Shown here: positions 37,704 to 50,013 of the stretch, in pieces
How the letters are laid out: each line of letters begins with the position of its first letter
Numbering within the stretch: position 1 is the first letter of the stretch
NCBI GenBank assembly: GCA_011390645.1
Contig: JAABRY010000010.1
Span: forward strand, 1 to 51,931
Direction: 5' to 3'
Source: Gemmatimonadota bacterium
GTDB lineage: Bacteria; Gemmatimonadota; Gemmatimonadetes; Gemmatimonadales; GWC2-71-9
DNA length: 51,931 nucleotides
Notes under the pieces: generated by a model
Database searches by the model: none
What the model was told of the DNA's origin: nothing
The model's input: the letters and a program-made list of their open reading frames with translations, nothing else
Position numbers and translations under genes: made by a program

Positions 37704-38153
37704 TCATCCCAGCCGCTTGACCTCCTGGCCGCCCCCCAGCACCTCCTGCTGTTCACCACCTCTCGCCAATGCGAGTGTGCCCGCCGCCGATCCCGCCGCC
37801 AGCACGCCAGTGAAGATCAGAGTGCCCACAGGGAAGCCACCCGAGACGGCAACCGCACCGAGCAGGAGTCCGCCGACCGCCCCCAACGCCGTGAACCATG
37901 GCAGCGAGAGCTGATCGAATCGGCGGCGGCGTCCGGCAATGCCAAGGACCACCGAGAAGATCGCCCCACTGATGAATCCGGGAATCGCCAACGCCGGGAG
38001 CGGGGCGTCGAACACCCTGAAGAACGCATCCCACGGCAGGAAGGTGAGAATGTTGCTGGCGATACCCATCGCGACGCCGGCAATCGCCCAGGCGATCGCC
38101 CACGTCACGCCCATGCCGATGGCACCGCGCAGGCGTCGGACCCAGGGTCTCAC
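37704..38153 (-). CDS. Hypothetical 4-TM membrane protein
   Basis: Hydrophobic helices; GGAGG RBS. Confidence 0.7.
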   Translation of the reverse strand: MRPWVRRLRGAIGMGVTWAIAWAIAGVAMGIASNILTFLPWDAFFRVFDAPLPALAIPGFISGAIFSVVLGIAGRRRRFDQLSLPWFTALGAVGGLLLGAVAVSGGFPVGTLIFTGVLAAGSAAGTLALARGGEQQEVLGGGQEVKRLG

Positions 38154-38257
38154 GATGTGCTTCCTCCGCGGCTGGGTCGCGTTGACTTGCCGCAGGGTGC
38201 GGCATCACCTTCATGATCTGCCATGCCGTGCCACCCCCGCCCGCAAGGAATGTCCCG

Positions 38258-38524
38258 ATGGAATTGGCCCCTGAAGACATCGACGCCCTGAAGTCCCTTG
38301 GACGGTATCGACTCAACCGCGGCACCGCCGAATTCTTTGCCCTGAAGCGTGAGGGCACCTACGACTTCAGCAGTGCACGAGTTCCTGGCCTCTCCCCGGT
38401 GACGCTCGGGCGACTGATCGCGGCCGGCCTCATTCAGGTGCAGGTGCAAGGCGATGGCGGCGACCTGGTCACGCTGACCACAACCGGGGAAGCGATGGTC
38501 GACGAGTTCCTCGCCGACGAGTGA
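38258..38524 (+). CDS. Small hypothetical protein (winged-helix-like C-terminus possible)
   Basis: LGRLIAAGLI...VTLTTTG; AAGGA RBS. Confidence 0.5.
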   Translation: MELAPEDIDALKSLGRYRLNRGTAEFFALKREGTYDFSSARVPGLSPVTLGRLIAAGLIQVQVQGDGGDLVTLTTTGEAMVDEFLADE

Positions 38525-38586
38525 CGTGGATTCGGACCTGAGGAGGTCACGCGCAGGTCCTGCCGTTGCGATGCCACTCCCCTGCT

Positions 38587-39603
38587 TCAGCGTGCCGATC
38601 GCATGACCTCGACCGCGACATCAGGGTGATCCGCAAAGATACCATCCACGCCGAGCGCGAGCAGGGCTCGCAACTCCTCGCGCACGTTGCCGCTGAAACG
38701 TGCCGGCACGAATCGCGGTTCTGCGCGCAGCGTCCAGACGTGCACGTGCAGCCCCACCGCCTGCGCATCCTGTACCAGTTGTGTCCCCCCCCCATCTGCC
38801 CCGAACACCATTCCCTTGTCGGGACCGATCCCGTACGCATACTCGGCGATGCCTCGCAACCCTGCGGGTGTGACCATCGTTGGCGCGCCGCCGGTGAGGA
38901 GCTGAATCAGCCTCACCGTGGTCATCCCGGCGAGACGTCGCAGGTTGCCGACCTCGAATGATTGGATCAGGACCGGCGCGTCCGCACGATCGAGATTGGC
39001 CGCACGCAGCTCTGCCAGCAGGGGCTCCTCGAGCGGGAGTCCGATCTCCCGGAAGTAGCTCGGATGCTTGGTCTCCGGGTACAGCCCCACCACCCGACCG
39101 CGCGCGCGCCCCAGGGAGTCAGCCAGTGCGACCACCTCTGCGAGCGTGGGTACCTGGTATTGGCCGTTGTAGTCCTGCGACCGAAACGAGAGCCGCTCCC
39201 GGGCGCGTAACGTGCGCAACTCGGCGAGGGTGAAATCCTCGACGAACCAGCCGGTCACCTCGGCGCCGTCGATCACCTTGGTGGTCCGACGCGCCGGAAA
39301 GCGATCGGCCACGTCTGTCGTGGCACCAATCTCGTTCTCGTGCCGCGCCACGAGCACGCCGTCACGTGTGATCACCAGATCCGGTTCGATGTAGTCGGCC
39401 CCCATCTCGATGGCCAGGGTGTACGCTGCCAGGGTGTGCTCGGGTCGATGCCCGGACGCACCCCGATGGGCAATGATCAGCGGATGAGGTTCAGTCATGG
39501 GGATGGCGGCCGGGGCGCGTGAGTAGGCAGGAGCGCACGCCAGCGCGGCGAGCGTGACCATCGCAAGCGTCTGTCGCCGGGGGTGCACAAGGGCTTCGGG
39601 CAT
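38587..39603 (-). CDS. glpQ: Glycerophosphodiester phosphodiesterase
   Basis: IAHRGASG.RPEHT, IEPDLV, RHENEI, ETKHP, IQSFE. Start uncertain. Confidence 0.92.
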   Translation of the reverse strand: MPEALVHPRRQTLAMVTLAALACAPAYSRAPAAIPMTEPHPLIIAHRGASGHRPEHTLAAYTLAIEMGADYIEPDLVITRDGVLVARHENEIGATTDVADRFPARRTTKVIDGAEVTGWFVEDFTLAELRTLRARERLSFRSQDYNGQYQVPTLAEVVALADSLGRARGRVVGLYPETKHPSYFREIGLPLEEPLLAELRAANLDRADAPVLIQSFEVGNLRRLAGMTTVRLIQLLTGGAPTMVTPAGLRGIAEYAYGIGPDKGMVFGADGGGTQLVQDAQAVGLHVHVWTLRAEPRFVPARFSGNVREELRALLALGVDGIFADHPDVAVEVMRSAR

Positions 39604-39809
39604 GTCGAACGCGACTCCAGATAGAGGCGATCGCAAGGTGGAGGTCGATGGGGGCGAACGTCAACGGACCACATGTCACGATCGTGTTGTCGGGGCGCAT
39701 TGGGATGCGGCCTTTCCATCGCTGAATCAGGGGTTAGAATCACCATGTCCTCGGCAGTCCTGATTGCGATCGCATTCAGGGGAACACGCCCCGCCACGGG
39801 AGATTCGGC

Positions 39810-40241
39810 ATGACACCTCCTTCCCTACTCGCCCGTCGCGATGTGCTCCATCTGTTGGCATTGGGCGCACTGGGTGGCCTGGTTCCGATGGCGCTGCCAG
39901 CCACGGCCCATCCTGAGCGGCGTCGCGGACCACACCCAACGCCGCGACGTGACTACACCGCTGACAAGGTGCTCCCTGCCGACCAACTCGGCGGCGACAA
40001 GGAGCTGATCACCTTGTTCGATGGCATCCGCAAGATCCCGCAGGTGGTTGATGGCGTACGCTGCAGTTGCGGGTGTGCCGAGCTGCCGGGATTCTATTCG
40101 TTGCTCAGTTGCTTCGAGGGGAAGGACGCCATGGCGAAATGGTGTGCGATTTGCGCAGGCACTGGGGCTTTGGTGATCCGGCTGCACGGTCGGGGTCGCA
40201 CCCTTGAACAGATTCGGGAGGCTGTCGATGCGCGCTATTGA
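39810..40241 (+). CDS. PCYCGC-like Cys-rich protein with Tat-like signal
   Basis: RRDVL; CSCGC...SLLSCF...CAIC. Confidence 0.7.
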   Translation: MTPPSLLARRDVLHLLALGALGGLVPMALPATAHPERRRGPHPTPRRDYTADKVLPADQLGGDKELITLFDGIRKIPQVVDGVRCSCGCAELPGFYSLLSCFEGKDAMAKWCAICAGTGALVIRLHGRGRTLEQIREAVDARY

Positions 40242-41133
40242 ATGGAGTCGTGCGGCACTGTGTGTCGGTCTGGTGATGAGCGCCGACGTGGGCACCGCCA
40301 CCGCGCAGCTGCGGCCGAGCGAAAAGTTCGCGCTGATCCAGATTGTTGATGGGGACACGATCATGATCACGGGCTCCCGGCCCAACCAGCGGGGGCGAGA
40401 TATCTACGGCTCTCCCAACGTGCCGTGGGGCAAGTCCTGGACACCGGGCGCCGACAATGCGACCGTACTGCGCGTGGATCGCGACTTCAGCATCAGCGGT
40501 ACGGCGGTCGCCAAGGGGGCGTACTCGATCTGGATGACCCCCCGGGAGGATGACCACTGGACGCTCTTCCTGGACGAGGCCAACCTCTTCCACACCGCGC
40601 ACCCCGACACCGTCGGCAAGCAGTACGTGATTCCGCTGGTGGCGCGCTCGGTCGCGCCGGTGGAGACCCTCACCTGGTCGATCAACGACATCAAGGGATG
40701 GCGTTCGCGCGTGGAGTTGACCTGGGCCGGCAAGGCCGTGGACTTCGACTTGCGGCTCTCCGCCGGCGATCTCAAGCTGGCCGCGGACGCCGAACAGGGG
40801 AAGCGCATCGCGGGCACGTACGAGATCACCCCCGACAATCGCCAGGAGCCGTTCATGGTGGATCGCCTGGTGGCACGCTACGAGGATGGCTACCTGAAGT
40901 GGCGCTTCGAGGGCGGCAACGCCCCGGACTGGGTGGACGGCACCGATTGGGTGATGGCGTCGCGTGGTAGCGAGACCTTCGGCTGGTACATGATGCACGA
41001 CGGCGAGGTCGTGGGCCAGATGGGATGGGCGGTCCTCGAGATCCCCGAGGACGGCGAGCGCGCCGAGGTCATCGAGATCCGCGTGGTCCCGGAAGACAAG
41101 ATGTTCGTGCGAGCCGTGCGGGTGCCCGAATGA
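40228..41133 (+). CDS. DUF2911 domain protein with C-terminal extension
   Basis: SRPNQRGRDIYG...VPWGKSWTPGADNAT...GAYSIW. Confidence 0.8.
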   Translation: MRAIEWSRAALCVGLVMSADVGTATAQLRPSEKFALIQIVDGDTIMITGSRPNQRGRDIYGSPNVPWGKSWTPGADNATVLRVDRDFSISGTAVAKGAYSIWMTPREDDHWTLFLDEANLFHTAHPDTVGKQYVIPLVARSVAPVETLTWSINDIKGWRSRVELTWAGKAVDFDLRLSAGDLKLAADAEQGKRIAGTYEITPDNRQEPFMVDRLVARYEDGYLKWRFEGGNAPDWVDGTDWVMASRGSETFGWYMMHDGEVVGQMGWAVLEIPEDGERAEVIEIRVVPEDKMFVRAVRVPE

Positions 41134-41378
41134 TGCGTGACGACGACGACATCTTCGATGAGGAGGGTCCGGACGACCTCGACGGGCATGCCGCCGACAC
41201 CGCTGCGTTGATCCGCTGCCCATACTGCGGCGAGGAAGTCGAGATCACGCTGGATACGGGGGGCGGCACCGAGCAGGAGTATGTCGAGGATTGCGAGGTG
41301 TGTTGCCGGCCCTGGCAAGTCCACGTCACGTTCGACCTCGACGGTGCGGCCGACGTTCATGTCGAGGCGGCGAGCTGA
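41130..41378 (+). CDS. CPXCG-motif cysteine-rich protein
   Basis: CPYCGE...QEYVEDCEVCCRP. Confidence 0.85.
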   Translation: MMRDDDDIFDEEGPDDLDGHAADTAALIRCPYCGEEVEITLDTGGGTEQEYVEDCEVCCRPWQVHVTFDLDGAADVHVEAAS

Positions 41379-41391
41379 TCGCTCGCCCGCG

Positions 41392-41979
41392 CTAGAGGAG
41401 TACGCGGCCGATCAGCACCAGCGTCCCGACGCTCACGATGGCGCCGATGAGGGCCATCAGACCATCGCTGGCAATCAAGGCAAGCCCGAAGACCACCAGG
41501 ACCAGACCGGCAGCGTTGGCACTGAAGGGCACCACCTCCATCAAGGGCATCACCGCCGCAACACCAAGACAGATCCCCGCCACCACCCGGGAGGCCATGC
41601 CCCCGACCAGGGCCTGCAAGCGCGGGCGCGTCAAGCCATCAATCCATCGCGCGGGTTTGCGAAGCCAACTAATGGGCTTGGCAAGCCTGGAGCTCTGGAC
41701 CGACCGTTGCAACATCCATTGGGGCAGCCAGACGTGGTCGCGTCCCAGGACGATCTGCACAGCAACCATGGCGACGAAGACTCCCATGATGGTCGACATG
41801 CCGGGAATGTCACCGATCACGGGCGCCAACACGATCAAACCCGCCACGACAAGCAACGGACCGAACGACCGACGACCCACCGCATCGAGAATCTGATCGA
41901 GACTGACGGAGGCCTCACCGTCACGAGCTTCGTCGATCTGGTCGAGCAATTCCTCGAGACTGGTGGCAGCCTGTGCCAT
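41392..41979 (-). CDS. exoD: ExoD exopolysaccharide synthesis family protein
   Basis: GRRSFGPLL, IPG, WLP, RPRL, PF.N, DG motifs. Confidence 0.85.
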   Translation of the reverse strand: MAQAATSLEELLDQIDEARDGEASVSLDQILDAVGRRSFGPLLVVAGLIVLAPVIGDIPGMSTIMGVFVAMVAVQIVLGRDHVWLPQWMLQRSVQSSRLAKPISWLRKPARWIDGLTRPRLQALVGGMASRVVAGICLGVAAVMPLMEVVPFSANAAGLVLVVFGLALIASDGLMALIGAIVSVGTLVLIGRVLL

Positions 41980-42136
41980 GTCGGACTCCAACGCGAACGA
42001 GAGCAGCACGGTGCGAGGAAGAGCGGACCCATTCGCTCTGGAGACGCCCCGGGGAAGGCGACGCCACACCACGTAACGTACACGGGACGCCTCGCTCCTC
42101 AGCGAGACGCCCCGTCAATTGTCCCACCCGAAAACA

Positions 42137-44897
<2,761 letters not shown>

Positions 44898-44991
44898 CGG
44901 GCATGCCCTCCCGGTCTCGACACGCGCCACATCGCAAGTAGATTGCACGACCGAGTGTGTCCCCTCCCTCCCCCCACCCCACGGAGTTGCG

Positions 44992-45351
44992 ATGAGCAAG
45001 CATGTCGCGTGGATGCTGAACATGCAGGTGCAGTCCGGTCGCCTCGAGGACCTGAAGGCGTTGATGACCGAGATGGCAACTGCGACGGAGACCAATGAAC
45101 CGGGCACCCTCGATTACGAGTGGAGCCTCAGCGAAGACGGCACCACATGCGACCTGTTTGAGCGATACGAGGATTCCGCTGCAGCCCTGACGCACATGGA
45201 AACGTTCAGCGCACAATACGCGGAGCGATTCTTCGCGGTGCTCGCGCCGCAGCGATTCACCTTGTACGGCGCTCCGAACGAGGCCGTGCGGGAGGGACTC
45301 GCGCCCATGGGAGCCGTGTTCATGGCACCAGCGGCCGGCTTCAGCCGCTAG
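44992..45351 (+). CDS. ABM / putative quinol monooxygenase family protein
   Basis: EPGTLDYEW...ERYEDSAAALTH. Confidence 0.85.
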   Translation: MSKHVAWMLNMQVQSGRLEDLKALMTEMATATETNEPGTLDYEWSLSEDGTTCDLFERYEDSAAALTHMETFSAQYAERFFAVLAPQRFTLYGAPNEAVREGLAPMGAVFMAPAAGFSR

Positions 45352-45381
45352 CCGCTCCCCACAGTCCCCCCCCCCGGAGGC

Positions 45382-46830
45382 ATGATGGCGGTGGTATCAC
45401 GCGCGCAGGTCGGCCTCGCGGTCGGCCCGCTGTTGGCGGTCGTGATGCTCCTCACTCCTCCACCCGAAGGGATGGCCGTCGCGGCATGGCGCACGGCGGC
45501 TGTCGGTGTGCTGATGGCGACGTGGTGGATCACCGAGGCGATCCCGATTCCGGCGACAGCGCTCTTGCCCCTGGTGCTCTTTCCGGCGCTCGGCGTCGCC
45601 TCGCCGACCGACGCGGCTGCGCCGTTTGCGAACCCCGTCATCTACCTCTTCCTCGGCGGCTTCCTCATCGCACTCGCGCTGGAGCAGTGCGGGCTGCACC
45701 GACGCCTTGCCGTCGGTATCCTCCGCGTGGCAGGCACCCGCCCGGCCCCGTTGATCCTCGGTTTCATGCTCGCCACGGCCTTCCTGAGCATGTGGGTGAG
45801 CAACACGGCCACCGTGGTGATGATGCTGCCAATGGCCACCGCCGTGATCGCGTTTGCCGGTGGACCGGAGGATGCGGCTTCCACCACGCACTCCCATGCC
45901 TTCCCCATCGCCCTGCTGCTCGGCATTGCCTACGCCGCGAACATCGGTGGCCTTGGCACGCTGATCGGCACACCACCAAACGCCCTGCTTGCCGGCTTCC
46001 TCGATGCATCCTACGGGATCACGATCGGCTTTGCGGAGTGGATGCTCCTCGGGGTGCCGATCGTCGTGTTGACCTTGCCGATCACCTGGTGGCTGCTCAC
46101 CCGACACCTGCACCCGGTCGGCACCACACCAATAGCAGGGGGGGGGACGATTCTCGACGAGTTGCGCGATCGGTCAGGGCGCATGTCGCGCGCAGAGTGG
46201 GTCGTCGGGACGATCACGGCCATGACGGCGCTGGCCTGGGTGGGCCGACCCGTCCTCGAACGCTGGGTGCCCGGGCTGTCGGATACCGGGATCGCGATCA
46301 CCGGTGCGCTGCTCCTCTTTCTGGTCCCCGTCGCGTGGCGACCCTTCGAGGTGGCGCTGCGCTGGGAACACGCCGAGCGGCTGCCGTGGGGGGTGCTGGT
46401 GCTGTTTGGGGGAGGGCTCTCCCTTGCGGCGAGTGTACAGGAGACGGGCCTCGCAGCGTGGATCGGCGGAGCGTTGGGCGGCATCGGTACGTTCCCGCTG
46501 GTGGTGGTGATGGTGCTGGTCACGGCCGTGGTGATCTTCCTCACCGAGCTGACCAGCAACACGGCGACCGCGGCGGCGTTCCTGCCGGTGGTCGCTTCGC
46601 TCGCGCTCGGGATCGGGGCCGATCCGCTCGAGTTGGCGATCCCGACCGCCCTCGCCGCCAGTTGTGCGTTCATGATGCCGGTGGCGACCCCGCCAAATGC
46701 CATCGTGTACGGCACCGGTCGGATCACGCTCCCGCAGATGGCGCATGCAGGGATCTGGCTCAACCTCCTCTTCATTGCCGTGTTGCCGTTGATGGTGATC
46801 CTGCTGGGAGCCCGGCTCTTCGGCCGGTGA
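45382..46830 (+). CDS. DASS/SLC13 sodium:anion symporter
   Basis: SMWVSNTAT, GTPPN, TSNTAT, PVATPPNA. Confidence 0.93.
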   Translation: MMAVVSRAQVGLAVGPLLAVVMLLTPPPEGMAVAAWRTAAVGVLMATWWITEAIPIPATALLPLVLFPALGVASPTDAAAPFANPVIYLFLGGFLIALALEQCGLHRRLAVGILRVAGTRPAPLILGFMLATAFLSMWVSNTATVVMMLPMATAVIAFAGGPEDAASTTHSHAFPIALLLGIAYAANIGGLGTLIGTPPNALLAGFLDASYGITIGFAEWMLLGVPIVVLTLPITWWLLTRHLHPVGTTPIAGGGTILDELRDRSGRMSRAEWVVGTITAMTALAWVGRPVLERWVPGLSDTGIAITGALLLFLVPVAWRPFEVALRWEHAERLPWGVLVLFGGGLSLAASVQETGLAAWIGGALGGIGTFPLVVVMVLVTAVVIFLTELTSNTATAAAFLPVVASLALGIGADPLELAIPTALAASCAFMMPVATPPNAIVYGTGRITLPQMAHAGIWLNLLFIAVLPLMVILLGARLFGR

Positions 46831-46913
46831 CCGCGGGTGTCAGGGAGGCGAAACCCGGCGCCATCGCCTCCCGTACAAGCTCCCTCCACCTCGGAGCCGA
46901 AGGAAGAATCCTG

Positions 46914-47291
46914 ATGTCATATCGTCACCTTGCCCTTGCAATCCTCACCCTGACCTGCACCTCCACCGCCACGGCACAGTCCGCGCGGGTCACTGGGCCC
47001 ACCGCGACTGCGATCGCCACGGCGCCCACGCACGCACCTGCTCCCGGCGTCGCCCACACGGCACGCGGGTACGATGCGATGCATCGTCTCGCGCGCACAC
47101 CCAACGTCACGGGGGGGATCATCGGCTTCGTGGTCGGCGCGGCCGCAGGGGCGACGGTGGGGTGCCTCGCCAACAAGGATGACTACGGCGTCTTCTGCGC
47201 CGGCCAGAACGACACCAAGGTGGTGGTCGGGGCATTGGTCGGCGGGGCAGCCGGTGCGGCAATCGGGGGGCTACTCTTCAAGCGAAAGTGA
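46914..47291 (+). CDS. Small secreted glycine-zipper protein
   Basis: Signal peptide; GGIIGFVVGAAAGATVG and GALVGGAAGAAIGG. Confidence 0.65.
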   Translation: MSYRHLALAILTLTCTSTATAQSARVTGPTATAIATAPTHAPAPGVAHTARGYDAMHRLARTPNVTGGIIGFVVGAAAGATVGCLANKDDYGVFCAGQNDTKVVVGALVGGAAGAAIGGLLFKRK

Positions 47292-47299
47292 GGTGAGCC

Positions 47300-47851
47300 G
47301 TGACGCTCTTGCCGGACAACCCCGCCTGGACTCGCGCCCTCGCCGAGCACGCCACCGCACTCGATGAGTTCGTGATGCGGATCGAGTCCGTGCCCGACGA
47401 TGCGTGGCACCGCGAGCGCGCCCCGGGCAAATGGAGCCCGGCCGCCCTCGCCCTGCACGTGATTGACTCCTATGCGTTGTGTCATGCCACCCTCCGGACT
47501 GGTGGGGGGGGGATGCGCCTGCGCGTCGCGCCCTGGAAGGCCTGGGTTGGCCGCACCATCTACTTCCCCATCATGCTGGCGCTCGGCCGCTTCCCGCAGG
47601 GTGCCCCGGCACCTTCGGAGGTACGCCCCGACCTGGAGGCCGCCACGCGCCTCGACCGTGCCACCGCCATCACCACCGTGCGACAGGTGGCTGACAACGC
47701 CGTGGCCGCGTTGCTGGCCACACCACGCTCCACCCGCTTCGTGCACGCGTACTTTGGCGGGCTGTCACCACGCATGACGTTGCGGCTCCTCGGCGCGCAC
47801 ACGCGACACCACGCTGGAGGCATGACCGTCACGGCAAGGAGCGCATCGTGA
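47300..47851 (+). CDS. DinB family protein
   Basis: PGKWS...LHV, HAYFG, HTRHH. Confidence 0.8.
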   Translation: MTLLPDNPAWTRALAEHATALDEFVMRIESVPDDAWHRERAPGKWSPAALALHVIDSYALCHATLRTGGGGMRLRVAPWKAWVGRTIYFPIMLALGRFPQGAPAPSEVRPDLEAATRLDRATAITTVRQVADNAVAALLATPRSTRFVHAYFGGLSPRMTLRLLGAHTRHHAGGMTVTARSAS

Positions 47852-48714
47852 TGATCATGCTGCCACGCATCCTTCTCTTCCTCGGCGGCCTCGTGCTGGT
47901 CGGCGCGCTCGCGATTGCATGGGGTGCCCGTCGTTGGCGGACTGAATCGGAGGCACTCTTCGGCCGGCTGGCGGCCACACAGACCGCTGCCCCGCCGGGT
48001 CGAGTGGATTTCACCGCGCTGATCGACCTTCCCGCGCCCGTGCAGCGGTACCTGCGCCAGGTGCTCGAGGATGGTGCCCCCCTGATCACGTCGGTGCAGC
48101 TCAGCCATGTGGGCACCTTCAATGCGAAGGAAGACGGCGAGGCCTGGAAGCCGTTCACCTCGACCCAACGTGTCGTGCTCCGCCCGCGGGGATTTGTCTG
48201 GAATGCCAGGATCCGGATGGCACCGGGGGTCAGCGCACGCGTCCATGATGCCTATGTGGAGGGCGAGGGAATCCTTCGCGCCTCCATGGCCGGCTTGGCG
48301 GACGTGATGCACCTTCGCGACCGTGCGGAGTTGGCGCGTGGCGAACTGATGCGCTTCATCGCGGAGTCGCCGTGGTACCCCACCGCGCTCCTGCCCGGTC
48401 AGGGGATGGCGTGGGAGGCCGTGGACGACCGCACCGCGCGTGGCACCGTCACCGATGGCGCCCAATCGGTCACGCTCACGTTCGGCTTTGGCGACGACGG
48501 TCTTCTTGCCACCGTCACAGCGACCGATCGTGGCCGGATGATCGGCGAGCGCACCGTGCCGATGGCGTGGGGGGGGAAGTTCAGCAACTACCAGCGCCGC
48601 GCGGGCGTCTTGATCCCGATGGACGGCGAAGTCGCCTGGTATCCCCCGGAGGGGGGTTCGCTCCCCTACTGGCGCGCCCGGCTGACCGAGGTGTCGTACA
48701 CGTTCGGGCCGTGA
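47848..48714 (+). CDS. DUF6544/DUF6920-like membrane-anchored protein
   Basis: LPAPVQRYL, FVWNARI, ELMRFIAESPWYPTALLP. Confidence 0.7.
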   Translation: MMIMLPRILLFLGGLVLVGALAIAWGARRWRTESEALFGRLAATQTAAPPGRVDFTALIDLPAPVQRYLRQVLEDGAPLITSVQLSHVGTFNAKEDGEAWKPFTSTQRVVLRPRGFVWNARIRMAPGVSARVHDAYVEGEGILRASMAGLADVMHLRDRAELARGELMRFIAESPWYPTALLPGQGMAWEAVDDRTARGTVTDGAQSVTLTFGFGDDGLLATVTATDRGRMIGERTVPMAWGGKFSNYQRRAGVLIPMDGEVAWYPPEGGSLPYWRARLTEVSYTFGP

Positions 48715-48824
48715 CGGCTCGCCCTGACGATGGCGCACGTGCCCCACACCCTGGCATTGCATCCACCATCGCGGCGACTAGGATCAGGGAGACCCCGTTG
48801 CCTCACCCCTGCCGCAGAGTCGCC

Positions 48825-49391
48825 ATGCTCCGTCTCGTGATGGTTGCCACGCTCCTGATCTTCCCATGGACCGCTGGTGCGGCCCAATCCCCGACTGACA
48901 GTTTCCTCGGAGCACTCCGGGCACACTGCGGCAACGCATACGCGGGACAGATCATCAATCCCCAGCCGAGCGACACCATGTTCAGCAACAACGCGTTGGT
49001 GATGCACGTGCGTGAATGCGGGGACACCGTGCGGATTCCGTTCCACGTCGGGACCAATCGGTCACGCACTTGGGTACTGACCAAAGCCGGTGATGGGGTG
49101 CGGCTGAAGCATGACCATCGACACGAGGATGGCAGTGAGGATCGCGTGACCCAGTACGGTGGTGACTCGGGCCCGGGCGGCACGGCCATGACGATGTCGT
49201 TCCCGGCCGACAGCTTCACCATTGCGATGCTGCCCTATGCCCGGACCAACGTGTGGACGGTCGAGATCACCCCCACGCGATTCGTCTACCAGTTGCAGCG
49301 CGTCGGCAGTGATCGGCGCGTGCGGGTGGAATTCGATGTCACCCGACCGATCGCGGTGCCACCGGCGCCGTGGGGGTTTGCGGATAGGTAG
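48825..49391 (+). CDS. Conserved-looking hypothetical secreted protein
   Basis: Signal peptide; MHVREC, SRTW, LKHDHRHEDG...TQYGG, PAPWG. Confidence 0.75.
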   Translation: MLRLVMVATLLIFPWTAGAAQSPTDSFLGALRAHCGNAYAGQIINPQPSDTMFSNNALVMHVRECGDTVRIPFHVGTNRSRTWVLTKAGDGVRLKHDHRHEDGSEDRVTQYGGDSGPGGTAMTMSFPADSFTIAMLPYARTNVWTVEITPTRFVYQLQRVGSDRRVRVEFDVTRPIAVPPAPWGFADR

Positions 49392-49393
49392 GG

Positions 49394-49463
49394 GTGGATA
49401 TTGGAGGTTGGATGTTGGATGTTGGATGTTGGATGTTGGATGTTGGATGTTGGATGTTGGATG
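49394..49463. repeat. (TTGGATG)8 tandem heptamer plus two degenerate units
   Basis: Eight perfect copies at 49408-49463, preceded by GTGGATA and TTGGAGG. Confidence 0.95.
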
Positions 49464-49507
49464 CGCAGGGCACGATCCCATTGTTTCTCATGGAAGGACG
49501 CCGTTCG

Positions 49508-49951
49508 ATGACGCCGAATGCCGCAGTTGTTCAATCGCTCTCCACGCTGCTCGCCAGCAGCTATTCCCTCTACCTCAAGACCCACAACTTCCATTGGAAC
49601 GTGACGGGTCCGATGTTCACGACCCTGCACACGATGTTCGAGGGGCAGTACACCGAACTCGCGCTGGCGATTGATGAAATCGCCGAGCGGATCCGCTCGC
49701 TCGGCGCGTTCGCCCCCGGCAGCTTCACCGCCTTTGCGGAGCTCACGAAGGTGCAGGAAGAGACCGGGCGGCCCGAGGCGAAGGAGATGATCCGAATCCT
49801 CGTTGCGGACCAGGCGGCGCTGGCCGACGCGGCGCGTGCCGTGATCGAGGCGGCCGAGGCGGTGCGTGATCAGGCGACGACGGATCTTGCCACTCGGCGA
49901 CTCGACGTCCACGAGAAGAACGCCTGGATGTTGCGCAGCCATCTGGAGTGA
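49508..49951 (+). CDS. dps: Dps DNA-protection protein
   Basis: KTHNFHWNVTGPMFTTLH..FE, DEIAERIR, HEKNAWMLRS. Confidence 0.95.
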   Translation: MTPNAAVVQSLSTLLASSYSLYLKTHNFHWNVTGPMFTTLHTMFEGQYTELALAIDEIAERIRSLGAFAPGSFTAFAELTKVQEETGRPEAKEMIRILVADQAALADAARAVIEAAEAVRDQATTDLATRRLDVHEKNAWMLRSHLE

Positions 49952-49969
49952 GCGCGAGGTGTCGCGCCA

Positions 49970-49999
49970 CGCGCGCGCCGTGGGTCCACGGCGCGCGCG
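49970..49999. terminator. GC-rich hairpin between convergent genes
   Basis: CGCGCGCGCCGTGG-GT-CCACGGCGCGCGCG; no U tract. Confidence 0.5.
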
Positions 50000-50013
50000 A
50001 GCGCTCGACACGC

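Noticed and set aside
45486..46913. 601-aa ORF overlapping the DASS transporter
   Set aside because: Out-of-frame overlap with Arg-rich composition; only the part from ATG 46914 looks like a real gene.
49394..49507. Dps N-terminal extension with (MLDVGCW)n
   Set aside because: Translation of the stop-free tandem repeat; ATG 49508 with a GAAGGA RBS gives a normal-length Dps.
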